Assembly (NCBI RefSeq): GCF_044704955.1
Contig: NC_091991.1
Coordinates: forward strand, 166,036,001-166,100,000
Source of the DNA: Pristiophorus japonicus
Taxonomy: Eukaryota
Length of the DNA stretch: 64,000 nucleotides
Direction: 5' to 3'
Shown in pieces: positions 26,401 to 39,236 of this stretch. The notes beneath the pieces were generated by a model. It did not search any database, was not told the origin of the DNA, and saw nothing but the letters and a program-made list of their open reading frames with translations. Position numbers and translations under genes: made by a program. Positions within the stretch are counted from its first letter, which is position 1. Each line of letters begins with the position of its first letter.

Positions 26401-27979
26401 CGCCAGATTAGGACTTGGACCAGCCAAGATCCTCTGCTGTCCCTAGTAAAAAACTGTGTACTGCATGGGAGCTGGGCCAGCATCCCCGTTGAAATGCAAG
26501 AGCTAATCAAGCCGTTCCAGCGGCGAAAGGACGAGCTGTCCATTCAGGCAGACTGCCTGTTGTTGGGTAGTACTACCCAAAAAGGGCAGGGAGATGTTCA
26601 TCTCGGATCTCCACAGCACACACCCAGGTATAGTAATGATGAAAGCGATAGCCAGATCCCACGTGTGGTGGCCCGGTATCGACTCTGACTTAGAGTCCTG
26701 TGTACGGCAATGCAGCGTGTGTGCTCAGTTGAGCAACATGCCCAAAGAGGCACCACTAAGTTTGTGGTCCTGGCCCTCCAGATAATGGTCAAGGGTCTAT
26801 GTCAACTATGCGGGCCCGTTTCTTGCTAAAATGTTCCTGGTGTGGTGGATGCTTTTTCAAAATGGATTGAATGTGAAATAATGTCGGGAAGCACCGCCAC
26901 CGCCACCATTGAAAGCCTGAGGGCCATGTTTGCCACCCACATACTGGTCAGTGACAATGGGCCGTGTTTCACCAGTGCCGAATTTAAAGAATTCATGACC
27001 CGCAATGGGATCAACCATGTCACCTCGGCCCCGTTTAAACCAGCCTCCAATGGGCAGGCAGAGCGGGCAGTACAAACAATCAAACAGAGCCTTAAACGAG
27101 TCACAAAAGGCTTACTCCAAACCCGCCTGTCCCGAGTACTGCTCAGCTACCGCACGAGACCCTACTAGCTCACAGGGGTGCCCCCGGCTGAGCTACTCAT
27201 GAAAAGGACACTTAAAACCAGATTCTCGCTGGTTCACCCCAACCTGCATGATCAGGTAGAGAGCAGGTGACAGCAACGAAATGTAAACGGTGGTCGCGCG
27301 TCACTGTGTCACGGGAAATTGATCTGAATGACCCTGTGTATGTGCTAAACTATGGACATGGTCCCAATTGGATCGCGGGCATGGTGATAGCTAAAGAAGG
27401 GAGTAGGATGTTTGTAGTCAAACTAGACAATGGACAAATTTATAGAAAGCACCTGGACCAAACGAGGCTGTGGTTCACAGACTGCGCTGAACAACCCACA
27501 GCAGACACCACCTTTTTTGAGCCCATAACACACACCCAAAGGATCAATGACACCACCCCAGACCAGGAAATCGAACCCATCATGCCCAACAGCCCAGCAA
27601 GGCCAGGCTGACCCAGCAGCCCTGCAGGGCCAACAACACACCAGCCTAGCGAGGGCACAGCCAACACACCAGAACAGACATTTGTACCGAGGTGGTCCAC
27701 CAGGGAAAGAAAGGCTCCCGACCGCCTCACCTTGTAAATAGTTTTCACTTTGACTTTGGGGTGGAATGATGTTGTGTATCTATAAAGCATGCACTCCCAT
27801 GTTCTGCCACCAGGGAGTGCACCCCTGAAGTCCCAAGGGATCCCAGCATCCCTTGGGAGCACTGTATATAAGCCAGCCCTTAAGGCCTGTTCCTCACTCT
27901 GGAGTATCTTAATAAAGACTGAGGTCATTGTTACTTTAACCTCCCTGTGTGCCGTCTCATCTGTGTTAGGAACACAATA
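23440..27979 (+). mobile_element. Full-length but pseudogenised Ty3/Gypsy LTR retrotransposon (probably Mag-like)
   Basis: LTRs 23440-23650 and 27770-27979 (about 10 substitutions and 1 indel by eye); 5-bp TSD GAAAC; PBS TGGCGACGAG complementary to tRNA-Ser(GCU) 3' end; purine tract before the 3' LTR; order gag-PR-RT-RNase H-IN. Confidence 0.95.
23695..27738 (+). pseudogene. Gypsy gag-pol, disrupted by stops and frameshifts
   Basis: Gag with two degenerate CCHC knuckles, protease MELDTG, RT WASPIVPV/LDLTSAY, RNase H CDASSYGVG, integrase HPGI..WWPGID..C..C, SDNGPCF, NGQAER. Confidence 0.92.
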
Positions 27980-27984
27980 GAAAC

Positions 27985-28055
27985 ACCTGTAAACTGATCC
28001 ATTTTTTGGTGTGGAAGCAAGTCATGCTCGTTTCGAGGGACTGCCTATGATGATG
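27985..28055 (+). mobile_element. 3' half of bipartite RTE-derived element copy 3 (5' half at 23380-23439; split by the Gypsy insertion)
   Basis: Both Gypsy flanks join into the reverse complement of ~19925-20070. Confidence 0.7.
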
Positions 28056-28125
28056 AATGCTCACGGCCACGCGGCTTTTCAACTCGATGCTTCAATGTTT
28101 TGTCCGGGACTCCGGGGAAACCTAA

Positions 28126-29358
28126 ACATAGAAACATAGAAAATAGGTGCAGAAGTAGGCCATTCAGCCCTTCAAGCCTGCACCACCATTCAATAAGATC
28201 ATGGCTGATCATTCACCTCAGTACCCCTTTCCTGTTTTCTTTCCCAACCCCTTGATCCCTTTAGCCGTAAGGGCCATATCTAACTCCCTCTTGAATATAT
28301 CTAAGAACTGGCCTCAACAACTTTCTGCAGTAGAGAATTCCACAGGTTTACAATTCTCTGAGTGAAGAAGTTTCTCCTCATCTCAGTCCTAAATGGCTTA
28401 ACCCTTACCCCTTATCCTTAGACTGTGATCCCTGGTTCTGGACTTCCCCAATATCGGGAAAATTTTTCCTGCAGCTAACCTGTCCAATCCCGTCAGAATT
28501 TTATATGTTTCCATGAGATCCCCTCTCATTCTTCTAAACTCCAGTGAATACAGGCCCAGTCGATTCAATCTCTCCTCATATGTCAGTCCTACCATCCCGG
28601 GAATCAGTCTGGTGAACCTTCGCTGCACTTCCTCAATAGCAAGAATGTCCTTCCTCAGATTAGGAGACCAAAACTGAACACAATATTCCAGGTGAGGCCT
28701 CACCAAAGCCCTGTACAACTGCAGTAAGACTTCCCTGCTCCTATACTCAAATCCCCTAGCTATGAAGGCCAACATGCCAGTTTCCTTCTTCACCACCAGA
28801 CCTCTAGTTGGTTCCTCGACATATTGGTCTAGAAAACCATCCCTAATACACTCCAGGAAATCGTCCTCTACCGTATTGCTACCAGTTTGGTTAGCCCAAT
28901 CTATATGTAGATTAAAGTCACCCATGATAACTGCTGTACCTTTATTGCACGCATCCCTAATTTCTTGTTTGATGCTGTCCCCAACCTCACTACTACTGTT
29001 TGGTGGTCTGTACACAACTCCCACTAGCGTTTTCTGCCCTTTGGTATTCCGCAGCTCTACCCATACAGATTCCACATCATCCAAGCTAATGTCCTTCCTT
29101 ACTATTGCGTTAATTTCCTCTTTAACCAGCAACGTTACCCCACCTCCTTTCCCTTTCTGTCTATCCTTCCTAAATGTTGAATACCCCTGGATTTTGAGTT
29201 CCCAGCCTTGGTCACCCTGGAGCCATGTCTCCATAATCCCAATTATATCATATTCGTTAATAGCTGCCTGCGCAGTTAATTCGTCCACCTTATTACGAAT
29301 ACTCCTCACATTGAGGCACAGAGCCTTCAGGCTTGTCTTTTTAACACACTTTGTCCCT
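28126..29358 (-). mobile_element. Internally deleted CR1: APE endonuclease region fused to ORF2 C-terminus plus 3'UTR
   Basis: LCLNVRSIRNK, IMETWL, VYRPP, MGDFN, EEPTR then directly GMLAFIARG..LVRPHLEYCVQFW; (TTCTATGT)n tail at ~28126-28142. Confidence 0.9.
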
Positions 29359-30062
29359 GATGTTAAAGGCATTATATAAATCACTCATATGATTCTCCAG
29401 CTTGTCCCTCACTTTAACCCTGGGCTCCATCCTAATAAGGAAGGCCTTAGGTTTTTCTTTCTTCAGCTGACTAATATCCTGTGCATAAATTGCCTCATGA
29501 GCAGAGAATGACTGAAGTGAATAAAGAACCTCAAAATCAGGTGTGTGAAAAAAAGCTGCTTAATAACGTGGCCATTCTTTAAAAGAGGAAACTAAATACA
29601 GAGCTCACGAGAAACAATTCAGCTTTGCCAAAAAAAAGGCAAATTGAAATCAAAAATGTAAAGTGGCAATAACAGGTTATTTTAAGAAGAATGAAGGAAT
29701 ATTTGAGAAATTGGCTCGGGCGTGTTTTCTGGCACGGAACCAGAGACCCGATGCTCGACCACAATTGGGCCTCATCAGCATATTTCCTGCACATTTCGAG
29801 CTGCGGATGTCAGATTTTCTGCAGGTGAAAACCAAGGCCCAATTTTGAGTGGGCCTCAGGCCGAAGTCTTTGGGAGCCCGTTCCAATCCCAAAGCCTAAT
29901 TCACGCTGGTTTCAATTTCTTGGCCACCTTCTTCATAAATGTGGTCGTATAAGGTAAATATGGAAGAAATAGAAGGAATAGATTTTAGGTAGGTTTTTAA
30001 AATTTTCTCCCCCCCCCCCCCACCTCTCTGGGAGATATCGACTCCTTGCTGGGATAAAAGCT

Positions 30063-30721
30063 CTGGTCTACAGGGCTGTAGTAATATCTACCCTCTTGTA
30101 TGGCTCAGAGACATGGACCATGTACAGTAGACACCTCAAATCGCTGGAGAAATACCACCAACGATGTCTCCGCAAGATCCTACAAATCCCCTGGGATAAC
30201 AGACGCACCAACGTTAGCGTCCTCGACCAGGCCAACATCCCCAGCATCGAAGCACTGACCACACTTGACCAGCTCTGCTGGGCAGGCCACACTGTCTGCA
30301 TGCCAGACACGAGACTCCCAAAGCAAGCGCTCTACTCGGAACTCCTTCACGGCAAACAAGCCAAAGGTGGGCAGAGGAAACTTTACAAGGACACCCTCAA
30401 AGCCTCCCTGATAAAGTGCAACATCCCCACTGACACCTGGGAGTCCTTGGCCAAAGACCACCCTAAGTAGAGGAAGTGCATCTGGGAGGGCGCTGAGCAC
30501 CTCGACTCTCATCGCCAGAACATGCAGAAATCAAGCGCAGGCAGCGGAAAGAGCGTGCGGCAAACCTGTTCCACCCACCCTTTCCCTCAACGACTATCTG
30601 TCCCACTTGTGACTGGGACTGTGGTTCTCGTATTGGACTGTTCAGCCACCTAAGGACTCATTTTAAGAGTGGAAGCAAGTCTTCTTCAATTCTGAGGGAC
30701 TGCCTATGATGATGATGATGA
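30063..30721 (+). mobile_element. RTE LINE 3' fragment
   Basis: LYGSETWT..RCLRKILQI..RLPKQAL and (GAT)n tail. Confidence 0.9.
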
Positions 30722-31399
30722 CAGGTTTCTTGGTGCTGGGCGTCCTCTGGTAGCTCACCCAAATGGCCATTATTCAAGTTTGAATTTTGGCAGACTATTT
30801 GACCATGGGAGATCCATCACAGTCAAACCTGTTTTAATCTTCATACGATGTTCACACATACTTCCCCAACAGGATTGTGAAAAAAATGCCTGTTTCATTG
30901 GCCAGATTAGTTAGTCTGGCATAGGTTGCAAAATTATATATTTATGTAAACCTCATAAATAAAGGTAAAGTGTTTATGATGGAATAACAAATACAAATGC
31001 ATTTTACTTCAACACAAGCAGGCTTCTAGAGCAGGCACAGGAGTAAATGGAGGAGCTATTAGTGATTTCTGCCTCTTACCTAAGTAGCAGCAACATTGTT
31101 AGTCAAATGTGGTTATGCTGAGAGGAAGTTATGACTCTGATCTCCCCAATTCAAAACACGTGGAAAGTTTCTGTTAGCTCTGGGCACTACATCAATACAA
31201 GAGTTGCTAGTATTCTAGGTAAACATTAAAAAGTGGAAGAATTTTTGTTTATTTAAGAAAGTATTTTTTTTACACAAAAATCACATTTTAAGGGAACAGT
31301 CCAAAGTGAGGCCGTTAACAGATCTATGAGTGTTCCTTCAAACACTATGCTCCTATTTTCTTTATGCCTCTCACGTTGACACCTCCTCTCCAAAAAGCC

Positions 31400-31915
31400 G
31401 CTTGCCAACAATGTTCTCTTTAAGCTGCGCGGCCGCTCCACGCTCCAGGGATCCCGCGCAACCTGCTTGCCGGATGTGAAATAGCAATACCTCGCATGTG
31501 GGGCCGTGCAGCCCATTAAAGGGGCCGCGCCCCCCCCCCCCCGCAAAATTTACAGGGAACATTGCTCTCCCCGATTTTCCTGGCGTCTCCAGGAATTAAA
31601 GACTAATCTCCCGGGAGCAAAATCATAGGAGCATTGAAAATAAGTACGTATTTTTTCATTTTCTTTTAACATTTTTGTTTATCGGTTATAAAAATATTGG
31701 CAACAGGGCAAAAATGGATGTTTGACTGACAGTCAAGACTCACCCAATCAGATAATGAAGAATTTCTTTGCTACCCAATTGTCGTTGGAAAAAGGTGTGC
31801 CAAGAGGATGGATGTGTTGGGCGACCAATGGCGGGAGCGTGAGGGCGGGTCCGTTGAAAGCAGGAGGTCGTATGATGAAACCTCCAGGGATACATCCAAC
31901 CAGAGTTGTCAACCT
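31400..31915. mobile_element. hAT-like non-autonomous element with a nested small TIR element (31409-31564)
   Basis: TTGCCAA...GAGTTGTCAACC ends shared with 41166-41434; nested piece has TIR CAATGTTCTCT/AGGGAACATTG; no clean 8-bp TSD seen. Confidence 0.55.
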
Positions 31916-32034
31916 CGTCGTATGGAGATAAAATGGGGTATTTGGTTAATGATCAGGTGAGTGAATCTTAATTAATTTTCTTCTCCCTAGCTCAGAGATG
32001 CTAAGGCCAATTCCAGCTCCCAATCACCACTCTA

Positions 32035-32595
32035 GGGGAGAAATTGGCCTGGTTTGCACCTCCCGTCAGTGCCCTGCAGGGGGCGCAGTAATGGGTGATG
32101 AGGGGATACCGACCGGAAGCGGAAAAATCACCGACATCCGCGAACTTCTCTGACGGTCTTGCGCTGGCTCTAACACTTACCGTCGCACTCTCTTGCGCTC
32201 CGTAGATTTTGACCGATGATCACCGCGGGATTCCTCAGCCCTGCACTCTATTAGCGTGCTTGGGGCTGTTATGCACCTAGCACAGGTCCCATGACCCCAC
32301 AGAGACAGGATGAAGATTGGTTCAAACCAGCATTGGCCTTTCCCTTTAAGTGAGGGTAGGAGCCTCCAAAGACGCCACGCTGCACGGAACATTCTTCAGC
32401 ACTCTGCAGCTACTGCCCCTCTCACACACTTTTAGCGCTCTAAGGGAAGTGGCAGTGCTTGATTTAGTGCTCCACTTCCCTCTTGGCGCACTAAAGCCGA
32501 AGTTCCCAGGAGCGGTTAATCATTTTCTCCCGGCGATACTTTTGCGCTCCCTGAAAAGTTAGCGCCCCAAATGGGGCACAGTGCAATTTCCTACG
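32035..32595. mobile_element. PIF/Harbinger-like MITE
   Basis: GGGGAGAAATTG ... CAATTTCCTAC imperfect TIR, CTA on both sides, CpG-rich interior. Confidence 0.5.
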
Positions 32596-32914
32596 CTAGA
32601 TTTTAACTTGGGCTGCATGGTGTAAATGGGCTGGTTGCAACCCTGAAAATGTCCGCCAACATCCTCAAAGGCGCCGTTCGCTAGGCAGTCACGGGGTGCC
32701 CACCTGTTTCATGCGGTAGGCCCTTTAATTATGCAAATTGGGATCCTTTGAATTATATAGGATTCTGATTGCAATTTTGATGGACTTCTGGGTGACTAAT
32801 GCTCCATACGGACAGCAGAGGCCCCAAAATGGTAAGTTCAAAATGGTTTCTGTGGGGCCAGAAGGAGTTCCACAAGGATAATGCAGACTTCCATTTCTCT
32901 AGGACTCCACCGAC

Positions 32915-33445
32915 AACCGTACCCCCCCCCCATCCCCGATTTGTGATCACTCCCTCCCCCTCCCCCCCCCACTACACCCCCTATCCCACCCCCGGCCCCC
33001 GATTTGTGATCGCCCTCTCCCACTGCACCCCCCACCCCCAATTTGTGACCACTCCCTCCCCCTCCCACCGTACCCCCCCCCCACCCCCAATTTGTGATCA
33101 CTCCCTCCCCCTCCCATCACCCCCACACCCCCAGGCCCTCAATTTGTGATAACTCCCTCTCCCTCCCACCGTACCCCCCCCCCACCCCCAATTTGTGATC
33201 ACTCCCTCCCCCTCCCATCACCCCCACCCCCCCAGGCCCTCAATTTGTGATAACTCCCTCTCCCTCCCACCGTACCCCCCCCCCCACCCCCAATTTGTGA
33301 TCGCTCCTTCCCCCTCCCATCACCCCCACCCCCCTGGCCCTCAATTTGTGATAACTCCCTCTCCCTCCCACTGTACCCCCCCCCCCCTCCACTCCCAATT
33401 TGTGATTGCTCCCTCTCCCTCCCAGCGCCCCCACCCCCCACCCAG
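32915..33445. repeat. C-rich minisatellite, ~48-bp unit with ATTTGTGAT core
   Basis: About 10 tandem units AATTTGTGA(T/C)-ACTCCCTCCCCCTCCCA-(C)n, two variants tending to alternate. Confidence 0.9.
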
Positions 33446-34749
33446 GACCTACTTTCTTGTCGGCCTGTTTGGCGTTCGCAGCATGGTGATGAGGCCTAGC
33501 TCTCAAACTGAACTAGTCCTCCAGCTGGCAGCTTCGGGCGACTGACCGGCAGATTGCCCACTGTACGCAAGGCCCTGCCACTGGCGAGGTGCCTCAGAAT
33601 CTTCCAGCTGACATTTTATGCCTTGTGATGACTGATGCTCTTGATGTCTTGACTGCTTGATTTCCAAGGCCGGGATGTCTCAGTGGTCTGCTTTGGTCAC
33701 CCAAAGTTCCTTGCTGTTCCACCAAATGCAAATGGAAGATTTACTGAGAAACAGGCAAAGAAATGCAGCTGTTTCAGTTGCCTTTATCTGCGCTTAAAAC
33801 CCATTGCTAGAAGCAGACTTCAGGGGAAATGCCCTAGAAGCGAGATTTCCTCTAGCCCTTTTACAGTAGGATTTATGTACTTAAAAGCAGCATTAGGAAC
33901 ACACCTTTGATGGAATCCCCAGGATATGTTTGGAATCGCAGCTGTAAAAACTGTAAACCTCTCTGACTTGAGTCATGCTCTGTTGGTTTTAGAAGGAGTG
34001 GGGGAGACCCAGGATCACAGTTGAAATGTCAGAGTTCAGCACTTAAGATTTTGAAATCATGTGTAAACACTGCCTCAGAGCGGGAGATCATTCCATGAGA
34101 AAACCGTTTATTAGTAAACACACAACACAATGACATCAATCTCATTAAAACATTTCATAACCATCCCAATGGTTCGGGGGTAAATTTTCCATCTGTGAGG
34201 CTATACAGAGCCAGGAAGGCTCCATCTTTGATGCCTGATCTGTGCTGAATTAGTTGATCTCAGCGGGGCACTGTAATTGTCCATAGTACCTCTGGGTTAG
34301 AGAGGGATGAATTGGCCAACATTATCACCCGAAATTCCATGGGGATAATGTCGTCTCCTGCAGGAGTTACAGTGGGAGGCCAGAAGCACCCCCATAGAAT
34401 TTCAGGGCTTCCATCATTATACAGTAAACCCACACTCCATTGGCAGTACATGTGTGTGGAAGTCTGGTGAGCACAGGATCAGACTCCACTGATGAACAGT
34501 CTGATGGCATTCACTATAGAATCATAGAATTTCACAGCGCAGAAGGAGGCCATTCGGCCTGTCATGCCTGTGTTGGCACTTTGAAAGAGCTGCCCAATTT
34601 AGTCCCAACCCCATAACCCAGCAAATTAGTCATTACAAATACATGTCCAATTGCTTTTGAAAGTTCCTATAGAATCTGATTACCCCACCCTTTCAGGTAG
34701 TGTGTTCCAGATATTAACAATCTTCTGTGTAACCTTCTCCTAATCATCT

Positions 34750-34980
34750 GTTCTCTCAGGTGGAAGTAGAAGATCCCATGGCACTATTTTGAAGAAGAAT
34801 AGGGAAGTTATCCCCGGTGTCCTGTTCAATATTTATCCCTTAATCAACATCACTAAAACAACTGGCCATTATCATATTGCTGTGCTCAAATTGGCTGCCG
34901 CCTTTCCTACATTACAACAGTGACTACACTTCAAAAAGTACTTCATTGACTGTAAAGAGCTTCGGGACGTCCGGTGGTGA
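34750..34980 (+). mobile_element. SacSINE1/DeuSINE-type SINE fragment (another at 35510-35666)
   Basis: AAGATCCCATGGCACTATTTTGAAGAAG...CCCCGGTGTCCTG Deu-domain-like segment. Confidence 0.75.
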
Positions 34981-36278
34981 CGCGGGGCACAATGGGTTAC
35001 CGCTGCTGCTAAACTCCCGTGGAATTTAGTGGGAGTCGTTAGCGGTGTTGCGCCCAGATGAAAAGACCAGGGAGTCTAACGGGAGGCGCAAATGACCTGA
35101 ATTTCTAGGTCATACTGATTAAGAAAGTTCTATACACCTTTCAGGAATTCATCACCCTTTTAGCCCTTTACTCTGTTTTCCCCCAGTTTATACTATTATT
35201 GCTCTATTATTTTTACATTTCTCTGAAATTTGCCTGCAGATTTTCTACTCTATCTCCTTCTCACTATTTGGGGGTCTATAGTAAACACCCAGAAATGTAA
35301 TAGCTTTTCTGTGCCTTAACTCTAACCAAATAGATTCGGCCTTTGAACCCTCCAGTATATTGTCCTTCTGTAGAACTGTAATATTATCCTTGATCAATAC
35401 TGCCACCACCCACCCACTGAGAAACTCTGAGCTTGATCAATATAAGAAATAATAGCTTCTTGGGTGAACTACTAGCTTGTAAAATCCTACCTCAGTGAGG
35501 AAGTCAAAACATTGCTGTTTGTGGGAGCTATCTGTACACAAATTGGCTGCTGCATTTCCCACATTACAACAGTGACTACACTCCAAAATTACTTCATTGG
35601 CTGTTAAGCGCTTTGAGACGCCTGGTGGTCATGAAAGGCGCTATATAAATCCAAGTTTTTCTTTCTTAAACCGGAGTTAGCACCCCTCTTTGCCTGTGCA
35701 TTCAAATATAAAAGTTATGCTTTGAGTGATGGTGTTAACACCATTTTAGGCAAAAGCTCTGTGCCCTAACTCCTTAAAGTCTAAGAGAAAAACTCCAAAA
35801 AGTTATTTCACAGTAGGCCAAAAAATGTAAAATATGCAGAAAGTGGACCACAACTGCAACCACATAACTATGTAGAATTATTACACAGAGTAATGTATGA
35901 GGTTCTGTAACATGACGAATGATATCAGCATGTACCTCAAAACCTAAACTTTACTTGTAGCTAAAATTTAAAATTCAGTGTCTCTCTCAGGAAAGCTGGG
36001 AAATGAGAAGGGTAAAGTAATACCAGTGAATAGTTTCCTGTTTGCTCAGACTATTAGTTTCAGAGAGGATAATGTGGGGATGGGTGAGGTCCCGAAAAAA
36101 ACTTTTTATTTCATAAAATTTGTAGTAGGCACTGGTAAAAGTTCACGGGTTGAGTGTATGAATCCTTAATGCATTCGTATGAAGTGCCTTTGTGTACAAT
36201 TTTAACACAAGCTTTGATGCTTTTGGGACTGGTGCCTCTGTTAAAATAGCCGATAAAGGAATTTCATATAAATACATT

Positions 36279-36902
36279 GGGCAGGATTTTTGGCTTTTCT
36301 GTTTTCGGGGTGATAATGGCGGCGGGGCGGGAAAGTTAGCAGCCGGGAATAGTTTGCGTTTTTGTATGTGAGTTTGGGCATTTGGGGCCTGCGTCAGGGG
36401 GTACAGCGCTAAGGGAGGCATTGTACACCTTGCGTGGCGCAAGGATGGGAAACTCCCGAGCTAAGGAGCCGGGCCGTGAGCGCTCCGCGGGAGGCCCGGG
36501 GTGGAGGCGGGGGATCCGAAAAAAAACCCAACAAAAACATTCCTAAAACATTGCCCGCGCCACCGCAACACAAATCGCACAAAGAATTAAAACAAAAAAC
36601 ACTCGCACTTACTTTTGTTGTACTTTACCTTCCTCTCCGATGCCAGCATGGCTGGACCGCTCTGATTTCCCAGGTGGTCATTGCGGCACTTCCAGCCGGA
36701 CAGATCGGGCAGGAGCTCAAACTTGCGCTAGTGTCGCAACTAGGGGCGTTGCACAGCCGACACAGCTCTTCCTGACGGTCCTGCTCAGCGCTGCTGCTAA
36801 ACCCGGCTGCAGGATCGCGGAGGGGCGCTGGAGACCTCACCGCTGCCTTTCTCACTGCTCCGGGGTGGAACCCAGAGTGTGAAGGACCGGAAAATCCAGC
36901 CC
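36279..36902. mobile_element. PIF/Harbinger-like MITE
   Basis: ATT|GGGCAGGATTTT ... AAAATCCAGCCC|ATT: TIR 11/12 with 3-bp TSD ATT. Confidence 0.8.
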
Positions 36903-37781
36903 ATTGAGTGTGTATGCACCAACATTAGTTAGTGTGATCACACCCCATAATATTTTGCTAGTGAGTGCAATTCAAAATCAAACAGTGCCAAATATTGTGT
37001 GACTTTTCTCTCTCTCTGTCTGGCTCTCTCTGCCCCACACACACACAGATGCAGACTGGCAAGTACTGTTGGTAAAGTTTCTGAATTTGAACCCATTGAG
37101 GTCCACTGGGCCTTCCATCGTCCCAGAGTCAGTAACCTGACTGCCACTATTGTGAGGGGTAATCACAGGTTCCTACATAGCACTGGCCTCGTTACCATGG
37201 AAAACTGCCACTGCCCTTCCCCCAAAATGTCAAATTGCTCGCTGGCCACCCCCTGCCCGATTAATTCTTACTCACAGCTTTAAATCATTTGGTTGCATCA
37301 GATCTTTTTATTATTGTTTATGTTGAAAATATTCACTCTTGAAGCTCTAACTTTATGTGGTACTTCTTGATAATATTTATCGTGGTCACTCATCCGATGT
37401 ATATCTCCTGCCACTGGGGGATGGTGGTAATTTAGTACTGCCTTCATTTCGCTGCATTAACTGAAGCTAGGCAGCTGTACGTCAAAACCCTGGGAGATAC
37501 TGCTTAGTTCACGTCATCCTGATTCAAACTGAATGTGATCCCTACAGGGGCTGCAGTATAAATGGATCGAGTGGTGACTGTATAAGAATTGTAATTCAAC
37601 CATTGACATTTTTAGTTTGCTAACAGTGGCAGTTTGCTTTGTTGTCATCAGAAATAAATATCTCTCCCTCCTTCACTAATGTGAGTGAAGATGTACCTTT
37701 CGTGTGCTGGCCGCTATTGCAATATCACCGGACACTTGTTTGTGTCCTAAGCTTTGTTTTAATTTCTCACCAATTTTCTTC

Positions 37782-38110
37782 AACAACAACAACTTGCATT
37801 TATTTAGCGCCTTTAATGTAATAAAATGTCCCAAATCACTTCACAAGGGTGTTATCAAACAAAATTTGATACTGAGACACATAAGGAAATTTTAGGACAG
37901 GCGATCAAAAGCTTGGTCAAAGAGGTGGGTTTTAAGGAGCGTCTTAAAGGAGGAGAGTGAGGTAGAGAGGCAGACAGGTTTAGGATGGAATTCTAGAGCT
38001 TAGAGCCTAGGCAGCTGATGGCATGGCCGCCAATGGTGGAGCGATACACAAGAGGCCAGAATTGGAGGATCGCAGAGGTCTTGGAGGGTCGGACTGGATG
38101 AGGTTATAGA
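37782..38110 (-). mobile_element. L2 LINE 3' fragment
   Basis: (CAA)n ACTTGCATTTATTTAGCGCC; AAAAGCTTGGTCAAAGAG. Confidence 0.8.
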
Positions 38111-38389
38111 TTGTCTCTGGTTCCAGGAGTACAGATTGCCATGTGGTACCTCAGCCAACATAGGAATTGCTAGACGAGAAAAGACCAAGTTCCATCTCGT
38201 TCGCCTTCTACCATCCTGGACGGCGCATGATACTGAGTGTATACATTACTCATTTTTTCATAAGAAAGCCTTTCCTTATCAGAGCACTTCAGAAATTTCT
38301 TGGGCCAGGCATAGGAAAATCCTCTGGATGTTCCTCATTCTCCTGCTCATCAATATCTCCTTCCACATCGTCCTTTCCTGTGGTGGTTC

Positions 38390-38741
38390 TGTTATGTCTG
38401 TAATGTACTTATGAATGACTCCACGAGGCAATGTGTTGTAATCAAACTGTAGTGACTTTGGTCCTTTATTCGTAATTCTTGAATGAGGCACAAGCATGAT
38501 GGACAGCCTTTTATACTGGGCCCTGCACAACTATGCAGGTGACCCTCATGTCTCCCACCGCAGTGCCCTCTGGTGGACAGCCTCTGCCACAGGGTCTCCA
38601 CCAGTTGCACCCTGTAGTGGTGCCAGCATAATATATACACAGTGTAAACCTTATTGATAGTACATCAGGTAACAAGTCTCCATCTTATGCAACTATACAG
38701 TGACTACACAGAGAGTATATATATAGTCTGCATATATAACA
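38390..38741 (-). mobile_element. Solo LTR related to the LTRs of 42978-48752
   Basis: TGTTAT...ATAACA termini, 5-bp TSD GGTTC (38385-38389, 38742-38746); reverse complement shares GGGCCCAGTATAAAAGGCTG and CCACCAGAGGGCAC with 42978-43215. Confidence 0.9.
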
Positions 38742-39236
38742 GGTTCCTTCTCCTCCTCCTGCAGCTGGCCTCCTCTCTCCACTTGTGCAGGACGCACCGG
38801 CCATGATTACTCATGATGGAGCATAGTGACCAGTCCAGATTGCAGAATTGTGCTTTCATTGTCAGCAGGTGATTGAATCAGATGGGACATCACAACCTAA
38901 CCTGTGCTCAATTGAAATCAGCAGCAGGTACTGCTTGCCGGGATCATCAGATAGCAATCAGGAGTTGGAACCCTCCCTAACCCAGGGGTACTGATTCTAG
39001 TGCTGCTGCGACTCTAGTTGCGACAAGCTATGCTTGGTATAGACTGTATGGATTGAACCTGGAACCTTCCTGGACTTTATAGCCAGCTATTTATTATGTA
39101 AATCATCACAGAAGCAGACAGTAAATGTTAGCAAATCCAGGCTAATTACTGCTTTCTGAACACAGGTCACTAATTGTTGCTTACTGCAGGTTCAATACTT
39201 CATCCATTCTATTGTATCTGCGGCTATAATGCTGCA

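Noticed and set aside
38290-38850. Harbinger transposase C-terminal relic around the solo LTR (similar acidic stretch near 56800-57240)
   Set aside because: Only compositional resemblance; too decayed to support
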